DNA of 64,000 bases from the human T2T-CHM13v2.0 reference genome, Homo sapiens, in the NCBI RefSeq assembly GCF_009914755.1, contig NC_060940.1. One strand, given 5' to 3'. The translations under genes were made by a program, and so were the position numbers. Positions 1 to 13,047 of this stretch are shown in pieces. Under the pieces are notes generated by a model that was not told where the DNA came from, made no database searches, and was given only the letters and a program-made list of their open reading frames with translations. Position 1 is the first letter of the stretch. Each line of letters opens with the position of its first letter.

Positions 1-3000
1 GTCAATGATGATTCCATTCGATTCCACTCGATGATTCCATTGGATTCCATTCGATGATGATTCCATTCAAATCCATTCGATAATTCAATTCAAGTCCATT
101 CGATGATGATTCCAATCGAATCCATTCAAAGATTCCACTCAATTCCATTCGATGATGATTCCCTTAGATTCCATTCGATGATTCCACTTGATTCCATTTA
201 CGATGATTCCATTCGATTCCATGTGATGATTCCATTCAATTCTATTCAATGATGTTTCCACTTGATTCCATTCGAACATGATTGCCTTTGATTCCATTCA
301 ATGATTCCATACGGTTCCATTTGATGATGATTCCATTGGAGTGCATTAGATGATTCCATCCGAGTCCATTTGATGATTCCATTCGATTCCATTCGATGTT
401 GATTCTGTTCAAATCCATTCGATGATTCCACTCGATTCCATTCGATGACTCCATTTGATCCCATTCGATGATTTCCTTTGATTCCCTTTGATGATCATTC
501 CATTTGATTCAATTCGGTGATTTCATTTGATTCCATTCAGTGATGTTTCCATTCAACTCCTTTCGATGATGATTCCATTCGACTCCATTCGATTATGATT
601 TCATTCAATTCCATTCGATAATGATTCCCTTCAAGTCCATTCGATGATTCCATTCGATTCCATTCAACGATGATTTGATTCGTGTCCATTCGATGATTCC
701 ATTTGATTCCATTTGATGATGATTCCATTCGAGTCCCTTTGATGATTCCATTCAATTCCATTCTCCGATGATTTCTTCTGAGCCCATTCAATGCTTCCAC
801 TCGATTCCATATGATGATGACTCCATTTGATGAAATTCCATGATGATTCCATTCGCTTGCATTCGATGATGATTCCACTTGAGTCCGTTAGAAGATTCTA
901 TTCAATTACATTCCATGACGATTCTGTTCGAGTCCATTTGATGATTCCATTAGACTCCATTCGACGATGATTCCATTCGATGTTATTCGATGATGATTCC
1001 ATTCAACTCCATTCGATGTTTCCATTCGAGGTCATTCTATTATTCCATTAGATTCCATTCGATGATGATTCCATTCGATTCCATTTGATGATTGCATTCT
1101 ATTTCATTTGATGATGATTCCATTCGAGTCCATTCGATGATTCCATTCGAGTCCATTTAATGAATCCATTGGTTTCAATTCTATGATGATTACATTGGAT
1201 TCCATTCGTTGATGATTTCATTCGATTCCATTCAATGATGATTCCATTCAATTCCATTCAATGATTCCATTCAATTCCATACGATGATGATTCCATTGGA
1301 TTTGATTCCACAGTGAGCCATTCGATTCAATTCCATGATGATTCTATTTTATTCAATAGGTTGACATTTCCATTCGATTCCATTCGATGATGATTCCCTT
1401 TGATTCCATTCAAAGCTGATTCCATTCTAGCCCATTCAATCATTCCATTCGATTCTATTCAATGATGATTCCATTCATGTCGATTTGGTGATTCCATTTG
1501 ACTTCATTTGATGATGATTCTTTTCAAGTTCATTAGATGATTCCATTCGATTCCATTTGATGATGATCCCATTCGAGTCCATTTGATGATTCCACTCGTT
1601 TCCATTCCATGATGATTCCATTCCATTCCATTCAATGATTCCATTCGATTCCGTTTGATGATGATTTCATTCGAGTCCATTTCATGATTCCATTTGATTC
1701 CATTCGATGATGATTACATTCGAGTCCATACGATGATTCCACTCAATTCCATATGATGATGATTCCATTCGATTCCATTCGATGATTCCACTTGATTCCA
1801 TTTACGATGATTCCATTCGATTCCATGTGATGATTCCATTCAGTTCTATTCAATGCTGTTTCCATTTGATTCCATTCGACCATGATTGCCTTTGATTCCA
1901 TTCAATGACTCCATTCGGTTCCTTTTGATTATGATTCCGTTCGATTCCATTTCATTATTCCATTTGATTCCATTGGATGAGTCCATTCGATTACATTCGA
2001 TGATTATTCCATTCGAGTGCATTAGATGATTCCATTCGAGTCCATTCGATGATTCCATTCGATTCCATTCGATGTTGATTCTGTTCAAATCCATTCGATG
2101 ATTCCACTCGATTCCATTCGATGACTCCAGTTGATCCCATTCGATGATTTCCTTTGATTCCCTTTGATGATCATTCCATTTGATTCAATTCGGTGATTTC
2201 ATTTGATTCCATTCAGTGATGTTTCCATTCGACTCCATTCGATGATGATTCCATTCGACTCCATTCGATTATGATTTCATTCAATTCCATTCGATAATGA
2301 TTCCCTTCGAGTCCATTCGATGATTCCATTCGATTCCATTCAACGATGATTTGATTCGTGTCCATTCGATGATTCCATTTGATTCCACTTGATGATGATT
2401 CCATTCGAGTCCATTTGATGATTCCATTCAATTCCATTCTCCGATGATTTCTTTTGAGCCCATTCAATGCTTCCACTCGATTCCATATGATGATGACTCC
2501 ATTCGATGAAATTCAATGATGATTCCCTTTGATTCCATTCAAAGATGATTCCATTCTAGCCCATTCAATCATTCCATTCGATTCTATTCAATGATGATTC
2601 CATTCATGTCGATTTGGTGATTCCATTTGACTTCATTTGATGATGATTCCTTTCAAGTTCATTAGATGATTCCATTCGATTCCATTTGATGATGATCCCA
2701 TTGGAGTCCATTCAGTGATTCCACTCGTTTCCATTCCATGATGATTCCATTCCATTCCATTCAATGATTCCATTCGATTCCGTTTGATGATGATTTCATT
2801 CGAGTCCATTTGATGATTCCATTGGATTCCATTCGATGATGATTCCATTCGAGTCCATTCGATGATTCTATTCGAATCCATTTGATGATTTCTTTTGATT
2901 ATAGTTGGTGATGATTCCATTGGAGTCCATTCAATGATTCCATTCGATTCCAATCGATGGTGATTCCATTAGAGTCCATTTAACGATTCCATTTGATTCC

Positions 3001-6000
3001 AGTCTCTGATGATTACATTCGAGTCCATACGATGATTCCACTCAATTCCATATGATGATGATTCCATTCTATTCCATTCGATGATTCCATTCTATTCTAT
3101 TCAATGGTGATTCCATTCGAGTACATTAGATGATTCCATTCGATTCCATTCAATGATGATTCTATTTGTGTCCCTTAGATGGTTCCACATGATTCCATTT
3201 CATGATGATACTATTTGAGCCCATCCAATGACTCCCTTCGATTCCATTCGATGAGGATTCCATTCGATTCATTTCATTGGTGATTCTATTCAATTCAATT
3301 CTTTGATTCCATTCCATTCCATTCGAAAATGATTCCATTCGATTTCTTTCGATGATTCCACTCGATTCCACTTGACATTGATTCCATTCGATTCCATTCA
3401 ATGATTCCGTTTGATTCCAGTGGATGATGATTGCCGTCAATTCCATTCGATCACTCCATTCTATTCCATTTGATGATGATTACATTCGATTCCATTTGAT
3501 GATTCCATCTGATTCTATTCGAGGATTCCATTTGATTCCATTCGATGATGATTCCATTCGAGTGCATTCGATGATTTCATTCGAGTACATCCAATGATTC
3601 CATTCGAGTCCATTTGATGATTCCATTTGATTCCATTTGATTATGATTCTACTAGAGTCCATTCAATGACTCCATTCGAATCCATTCAACAATTCCATTC
3701 GAGGCCATTCGTTGATTCCATTTCATGATTCCATTCGAGTCCATTTAATCATTACAGTCGAGTCCATTTGGTGATTCCACTGGATTTCTTTTGATAATGA
3801 TACCATTCAATTACATTTGATGATGATCCCATTCAATTTCATTTGATGGTGATTCCATTAGAGTCCATTCGATGATTTCATTCGAGTCCCTTCATTGATT
3901 CCATCCGATTTTTTTGGATGATGACTCCATTCGAGTCCATTCGATGATTCCACTCGATTCCATTAGATGATTCCATTGGAGTCCATTTGATTGTTCCATT
4001 CGATTCTATTCGATTCCTTTCGAAGATTATTCCATTTGAGTCCATTCGATGATGATTCCATTCCATTCCATTCGATGATTCCGTTTGATTCCATTCGATG
4101 ATTCCCTTCGATTCCATTCTTTGATGATTCCATTTGATTCCATTCAATGATGATTCCGTTCTATTCCATTCAATGATTGCATTCAATTCCATTCAGTGAT
4201 TATCCCCTTAGAGTAAACTCAACGATTCCATTCAATACCATTCGATGATGATTCCTTTTGAGTCCATTCAATGATTTCATTCAAGTCCATTTGATGATTC
4301 CTTTCAATTCCATTCTATGATGATTCCATTCGAGTCCATTCGATGATTCCATTCGATTGCATTCGATGATTCCATTATATTCCATTCAACGATGATTCCA
4401 TTCGAGTCCATTTCATGATTCCATTAGAGTACATTTAATGATTGCTTTGTTTTCAATTCGAAGATGATTACATTCGATTCCATTCTATGATACCATTCGA
4501 TTCCATTCAATGATGATTCCTCTCAAATCCATTGGATGATTCCATTCGTGTCCATTCGGTGATTTCATTAGATTCCATTCGAGGATGATTCCATTCGATT
4601 CCATTCGATGATTCCATTCAATTCCATTCGATGATGATTCCATTCCAGTCCATATGATCATTCCATTTGATTTCATTCGATGATGATTCCATTCGATTCC
4701 ATTCGATGATTCCATTCTATTCCATTCGATGATGATTCCATTCGAGTCCATTCGATGATTCCATTCGAGTCCATTTAATGATTCCATTGGGTTCAATTCA
4801 ATGATGATTACATTGGATTCCGTTCTATGATTCCATTCAATTCCGTTCATAGACAATTTGATTCCATTCGATGATGATTCCATTTGAGTTCATTCGATGA
4901 TTCTATTCGATTCTCTTCGATGGTGATTCAATTCTATTATATTGGATGATTCCATTCGATTCCATTTGATGTTGATTCAATTCGATTCTATTCGATGATG
5001 ATTCCATTGGATTTCACTTGATGATTCTATTCGATTCCATTCAATGATGATTCACTTCTCGTCCATTGGATGATTCCATTTCATTCCATTCGATGATGAT
5101 TCCATTCGATTCCATTCGATGATTCCATTTGATTCCATGCGACGGTGAGCAATTCGATTCAATTCCATGATGATTCTATTTGATTCAATTAGATGATGTT
5201 TCCATTCGAATCCATTCCATGATTATTCCATTGGAATCCATTTGGCGATGATTCCATATGAGTCAATTCAATGATGATTCCATATAGGTCCGTTCGATGA
5301 TAATTCCATTTGATTTCATTCGATGCTTCTATTCTATTCCAGTCGATGATGATTCCGTTGGAGTCCATACGATGATTCCATTTGATTTCATTTGATGATG
5401 ATTCCATTCGATGATGATTACATTGGATTCCATTCTATGATTCCATTCAATTCCATTCGTTGATGATTCGATTCCATTCAATGATGATTCCATTTGAGTT
5501 CATTCGATGATTCTATTCGATTCCGTTCGATGGTGATTCAGTTCTATTATATAGGATGATTCCACTCGATTCCATTTGATGATTATTCCATTGTAGTCCA
5601 CTTAGTGAATCCTTTAGATTCTACTCGAAGATGATTCCATTCGAGTCCATTCGATGATACCATTCAATTTCATTCGTTGATGCTTCCATTCAAGTGCATT
5701 CGATGATATCATTCGATTCCATTTGATGATAATTCCATTTGATTCCATGCGATGATTCTATTCGATTCCATTCAATGATAATTCCATTCAATTCAGTGAT
5801 TCCTCTGGACTCCATTTGATGATTATTCCATTCAATGATTCCATTCGATTCTATTCCAAAATGATTCCATTTGAATCCATTTGATGATGATTCCATTAGA
5901 TTCCATTTGATGATTCCATTCGATTCCATTTGACGATGATTCCATTCGATTCCATTTGATGATTCCATTCTATTCTATTCGATTATGATTCCATTCGATT

Positions 6001-7028
6001 CCATTTGATGATGATTGGATTCGATTCCATTTGATGATTTCATTTGATTCCATTCGTTAATGATTTCGATCAACTCCATTCGATGATTCCATTTGATTCC
6101 ATTCGATAATGATTACATCCGAGTCCATTCGATGATTCCATTTGAGCCCGTTCGATAATTCCATTTGAGTCCAATCAATGATTCCATTCATTTCCATTCA
6201 ATGATTCCATTCGAGTCCATTTGATCATTCTGGTAGGGTCCGTTCGATGTTGATTCCATTGGAGTGCATTCGATGATTCCATTCGAGTCCATTTTATGAT
6301 TTGATTCGAGTCCTTTCGATGATTCCATTCGATTCCACTCGATGATGATTTCATTCGAGTCCATTCGACACTTCCAATCGATTCCATTTGATGTTTCCAT
6401 TCGAGTCCAATTGATGATTCCATTCAATTCCATTCGATGATGATTCCGTACGATTCCATTCTGTGATGATTCCATGTGATTGCATTCAATGATGATTCCT
6501 TTCGATTGCATTCGATTATGATTCATTTCGTGTTCATTCTATGGTTCCACAGGTTTCCATTCGATGACGTTTCCGTTCGTGTCCATTCCATTATTCCATT
6601 CTATTTCATTTGATGATGATTCCATTCGATTCCATTCATTGGTGATTCCACTCAATTCCATTCAATGATTCCATTCCATTTGTTTCAACAATGATTCCCT
6701 TAGTTTCTATTCGATGATCCACTTGATTCCATTTGGCGATGATTCCATTCGTGTCCATTCGATGATTCCATTTGATTCCATATGATGATGATTCCATTCG
6801 ATTCCATACCATGATGATTCCATTCGAGTCCATTCAATGGTGATTCCATTCAATTCCATTCGATGATTCCTTCCGATTCCATTCGATGATGATGGCATTC
6901 GATTCCTTTCAATCATTCCCTTTGATTCCATTCAAAGGTGATTTCATTCAAGTCCATTCGATAATTGCATTCGATTCCATTCTATGATGATTCCATTCGA
7001 GTCCATTTGATGATTCCATTCAATTCAA
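1..7028 (+). repeat. HOR unit 1: diverged and rearranged (7,028 bp)
   Basis: Changes relative to the 6,112-bp unit: +3, -72 (~325), -23 (~990), -170 (~1710), a 1,869-bp back-jump (~1780), -570 (~2515), -10 (~3720), -127 (~4130) and +16 (6564-6579). These offsets sum to 7,028. Confidence 0.85.
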
Positions 7029-10000
7029 GTCAATGATGATTCCATTCGATTCCACTCGATGATTCCATTGGATTCCATTCGATGATGATTCCATTCAAAT
7101 CCATTCGATAATTCAATTCAAGTCCATTCGATGATGATTCCAATCGAATCCATTCAAAGATTCCATTCAATTCCATTCGATGATGATTCCCTTAGATTCC
7201 ATTCGATGATTCCACTTGATTCCATTTACGATGATTCCATTCGATTCCATGTGATGAATCCATTCAATTCTATTCAATGATGTTTCCATTTGATTCCATT
7301 GGACCATGATTGCCTTTGATTCCATTCAATGATTCCATTCGGTTCCATTTGATGATGATTCCGTTCGATTCCATTTCATTATTCCATTTGATTCCATTGG
7401 ATGAGTCCGTTCGAATACATTCGATGATTATTCCATTCGAGTGCATTAGATGATTGCATTCGAGTCCATTCGATGATTCCATTCGATTCCATTCGATGTT
7501 GATTCTGTTCAAATCCATTCGATGATTCCACTCGATTCCATTCGATGACTCCATTTGATCCCATTCGATGATTTCCTGTGATTCCCTTTGATGATCATTC
7601 TATTTGATTCAATTCGGTGATTTCATTTCATTCCATTCAGTGATGTTTCCATTCGACTGTATTCGATGATGATTCCATTCGACTCCATTCGATTATGATT
7701 TCATTCAATTCCATTCAATAATGATTCCCTTCGAGTCCATTCGATGATTCCATTCGATTCCATTCAACGATGATTTGATTCGTTTCCATTCGATGATTCC
7801 ATTTGATTCCACTTGATGATGATTCCATTCGAGTCCATTTGATGATTCCATTCGAGTCTATTTATGTATTATATTCGTGTCCACTTCATGATTCCATTCA
7901 ATTCCATTTAATGTTGATTCCATTTGATTCCATTTGATGATTCAGTTCGATTCCTTGCAATGATTCCCTACGATTCCTTTCTCTGATGATTCCATTCGAT
8001 TCCATTCATTGATGATTTCATTCGACTCCATTCGATGATGATTCCTTTCGATTCCATTTGACGATGTTTCCATTCGAGTCCATTCGATGATGATTCTATT
8101 CAATTCTGTTCTATTATGATTCCATTCGATTTCATTCAATGCTTCTATTTGATTCCATTCGATGATGATTCCATCTCTTTCCCTTCGATGATTCCATTTG
8201 ATTCCATTCAGTGATGATTCCATTTGATTCCATCTGATGATGATTTCACTTGATTCCTTTCAATGATGATTCAATTCAAGTCCATTCGATGATTCCATTG
8301 GAGTCCAAACGATCATTCCGTTCGATTCCATTCAATGGTGATTCCATTCATGTCCATTCGATGAATCCATTCAATTCCATTCGATGATGACTCCATTCGA
8401 GTACATTCGATGATTCCATTTGATTCCATTTGAAGATGATTCCATTCAATTCCATTCGAAGATGATTCCATTCAATTCCATTCGATGATGATTCCGTATG
8501 AATCCATTCTCTGATTATTCCATTCGATTCCATTCATTGACGATTCCATTCAATTCCATTCAATGATGATTCTCTTCTATTCCATTCGATGATTCCGGTC
8601 GATTCCATTCGATGATGATTCCATTAGATTCCATTCGATTGTTGCATTCGATTCCCTTCGATGATGATTCCTTTGAATTCCATTCGATTATCATTCCGTA
8701 TGAATCCATTTGATGATTATTCCATTGGATTCCTTTCGATGATGATTCCATTCGAGTCCATTCGATGATTCTATTCGAATCCATTTGATGATTTCTTTTG
8801 ATTATAGTTGTTGATGATTCCTTTGGAGTCCATTCCATGATTCCATTCGATTCCAATCGATGATGATTCCATTAGTGTCCATTTAATGATTCCATTTGAT
8901 TCCAGTCTCTGATGATTACATTCGAGTCCATACGATGATTCCACTCAATTCCATATGATGATGATTCCATTCGATTCCATTCGATGATTCCATTCTATTC
9001 TATTCAATGGTGATTCCATTCGAGTACATTAGATGATTCCATTCGATTCCATTCAATGATGATTCTATTTGTGTCCCTTACATGGTTCCACATGATTCCA
9101 TTAGATGATGATACTATTTGAGCCCATCCAATGATTCCCTTCGATTCCATTCGATGAGGATTCCATTCGATTCAATTCATTGGTGATTCTATTCAATTCA
9201 ATTCTTTGATTCCATTCCATTCCATTCGACAATGATTCCATTCGATTTCTTTCGATGATTCCACTCGATTCCACTTGACATTGATTCCATTCGATTCCAT
9301 TCAATGATTCCGTTTGATTCCAGTGGATGATGATTGCCATCGATTCCATTCGATCACTCCATTCTATTCCATTTGATGATGATTACATTCGATTCCATTT
9401 GATGATTCCATCTGATTCTATTCGAGGATTCCATTTGATTCCATTCGATGATGATTCCATTTGAGTCCATTCGATGATTTCATTCGAGTACATCCAATGA
9501 TTCCATTCGAGTCCATTTGATGATTCCATTTGATTCCATTTGATTATGATTCTACTAGAGTCCATTCAATGACTCCATTCGAATCCATTCAACAATTCCA
9601 TTCGAGTCCATTCGAAGATTCCATTTCATGATTCCATTCGAGTCCATTTAATCATTACAGTCGAGTCCGTTTGGTGATTCCACTGGATTTCTTTTGATAA
9701 TGATACCATTCCATTACATTTGATGATGATCCCATTCAATTTCATTTGATGATGATTCCATTAGAGTCCATTCAATGATTTCATTCGAGTCCCTTCATTG
9801 ATTCCATACGATTTCATTGGATGATGACTCCATTCGAGTCCATTCGATGATTCCACTCGATTCCATTAGATGATTCCATTGGAGTCCATTTGATTGTTCC
9901 ATTCGATTCCATTCGATTCCTTTCGAAGATTATTCCATTTGAGTCCATTCGATGATGTTTCCATTCCATTCCATTCCATTCGATGATTCCGTTTGATTCC

Positions 10001-13000
10001 GTTCGATGATTCCCTTTGATTCCTTTCTATGATGATTCCATTCCATTCCATTCAATGATTCCATTCGAATCTATTCCATGATGATTCCTTTCGATTCCAT
10101 TCGCTGATGTTTCCGTTCAATTCCATTCGATGATGATTCCATTCGATTCCATTCATTGAGGATTCCATTGGATTCCATTCAATGATGATTCCATTCTATT
10201 CCATTCAATGATTGCATTCAATTCCATTCAATGATTATCCCCTTAGAGTAAACTCAACGATTCCATTCAATACCATTCGATGATGATTCCTTTTGAGTCC
10301 ATTCAATGATTTCATTCAAGTCCATTTGATGATTCCTTTCAATTCCATTCTATGATGATTCCATTCGAGTCCATTCGATGATTCCATTCGATTGCATTCG
10401 ACGATTCCCTTATATTCTATTCAACGATGATTCCATTCGAGTCCATTCGATGATTCCATTAGAGTACATTTAATGATTGCTTTGTTTTCAATTCGAAGAT
10501 GATTACATTGGATTCCATTCTTTGATACCATTCGATTCCATTCAATGATGATTCCACTCAAATCCATTGGATGATTCCATTCGTGTCCATTCGGTGATTT
10601 CATTAGATTCCATTCGAGGATGATTCCATTCGATGATTCCATTCAATTCCATTCGATGATGATTCCATTCCAGTCCATATGATCATTCCATTTGATTTCA
10701 TTCGATGATGATTCCATTCGATTCCATTCGACGATTCCATTCTATTCCATTCGAGGATGATTCCATTCGAGTCCATTCGATCATTCCATTCGAGTCCATT
10801 TAATGATTCCATTGGGTTCAATTCAATGATGATTACATTGGATTCCGTTCTATGATTCCATTCAATTCCGTTCATTGACAATTTGATTCCATTCGATGAT
10901 GATTCCATTTGAGTTCATTCGATGATTCTATTCGATTCTCTTCGATGGTGATTCAATTCTATTATATTGGATGATTCCATTCGATTCCATTTGATGTTGA
11001 TTCAATTCGATTCTATTCGATGATGATTCCATTGGATTTCACTTGATGATTCTATTCGATTCCATTCAATGATGATTCACTTCTCGTCCATTGGATGATT
11101 CCATTTCATTCCATTCGATGATGATTCCATTCGATTCCATTCGATGATTCCATTTGATTCCATGCGACGGTGAGCAATTCGATTCAATTCCATGATGATT
11201 CTATTTGATTCAATTAGATGATGTTTCCATTCGAATCCATTCCATGATTATTCCATTGGAATCCATTCGGCGATGATTCCATATGAGTCAATTCAATGAT
11301 GATTCCATATGGGTCCGTTCGATGATAATTCCATTTGATTTCATTCGATGCTTCTATTCAATTCCAGTTGATGATGATTCCGTTGGAGTCCATACGATGA
11401 TTCCATTTGATTTCATTTGATGATGATTCCATTCGATTCCATTCGATGATGATTACATTGGATTCCATTCTATGATTCCATTCAATTCCATTCGTTGATG
11501 ATTCGATTCCCTTGAATGATGATTCCACTTGAGTTCATTCAATGATTCTATTCGATTCCGTTCGATGGTGATTCAATTCTCTTATATTGGATGATTCCAC
11601 TCGATTCCATTTGATGATTATTCCATTGGAGTCCACTTAGTGAATCCTTTAGATTCTACTCGAAGATGATTCCATTCGAGTCCATTCTTTGATACCATTC
11701 AATTCCATTCGTTGATGCTTCCATTCAAGTGCATTCGATGATATCATTCGATTCCATTTGATGATAATTCCATTTGATTCCATGCGATGATTCTATTCGA
11801 TTCCATTCAATGATAATTCCATTCACTTCAGTGGTTCCTCTGGACTCCATTTGATGATGATTCCATTCAATGATTCCATTCGATTCTATTCCAAAATGAT
11901 TCCATTTGAATCCATTTGATGATGATTCCATTAGATTCCATTTGATGATTCCATTCGATTCCATTCGACGATGATTCCATTCGATTCCATTTGATGATTC
12001 CATTCTATTCTATTCGATGATGATTCCATTCGATTCCATTCGATGATGATTGGATTCGATTCCATTTGATGACTTCATTTGATTCCATTCGTTAATGATT
12101 TCGATCAATTCCATTCGATGATTCCATTCGATTTCATTCGATAATGATTACATCCGAGTCCATTCGATGATTCCATTTGAGCCCGTTCGATAATTCCATT
12201 TGAGTCCAATCAATGATTCCATTCATTTCCATTCAATGATTCCATTCGAGTCCATTTGATCATTCCGGTAGGGTCCATTCGATGTTGATTCCATTGGAGT
12301 GCATTCGATGATTCCATTCGAGTCCATTTTAGGATTTGATTCGAGTCCTTTCGATGATTCCATTCGACTCCACTCGATGATGATTTCATTCGAGTCCATT
12401 CGACACTTCCAATCGATTCCATTTGTTGTTTCCTTTCGAGTCCAATTGATGATTCCATTCAATTCCATTCGATGATGATTCCGTACGGTTCCATTCTGTG
12501 ATGATTCCATGTGATTGCATTCAATGATGATTACTTTCGATTGCATTCGATTATGATTCATTTCGTGTTCATTCTATGGTTCCACAGGTTTCCATTCGTG
12601 TCCATTCCATTATTCCATTCTATTCCATTTGATGATGATTCCATTCGATTCCATTCATTGGTGATTCCACTCAATTCCATTCAATGATTCCATTCCATTT
12701 CTTTCAACAATGATTCCATTAGTTTCTAATCGATGATCCACTTGATTCCATTTGACGACGATTCCATTCTTGTCCATTCGATGATTCCATTTGATTCCAT
12801 ATGATGATGATTCCATTCGATTCCATACGATGATGATTCCATTCGAGTCCATTCAATGGTGATTCCATTCAATTCCATTCGATGATTCCTTTTGATTCCA
12901 TTCGATGATGATGGCATTCGATTCCTTTCAATCATTCCCTTTGATTCCATTCAAAGGTGATTTCATTCAAGTCCATTCGATAATTGCATTCGATTCCATT

Positions 13001-13047
13001 CTATGATGATTCCATTCGAGTCCATTTGATGATTCCATTCAATTCAA
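7029..13047 (+). repeat. HOR unit 2: diverged/transitional unit (6,019 bp) containing a non-HOR HSat2 segment
   Basis: Landmarks at 7029 and 13048. The ORF offset to the next unit changes from 6016 (7270 vs 13286) to 6107 (9101 vs 15208) across 7854-8718. Confidence 0.85.
7854..8718 (+). repeat. HSat2 segment not belonging to the 6,112-bp unit (single copy in the window)
   Basis: Contains k-mers seen once (GAGTCTATTTATGTATTATATTCGTGTCC, CCTTGCAATGATTCCCTACG, CCATCTCTTTCCC, GAGTCCAAACGATC). ORFs 7942..8223 and 8348..8533 have no counterpart in other units. Confidence 0.8.

Noticed and set aside
7854-8718. Mobile element insertion as the explanation of the unique block
   Set aside because: The block is itself HSat2-like, with no poly(A), terminal repeats or target-site duplication, and it replaces rather than adds sequence.
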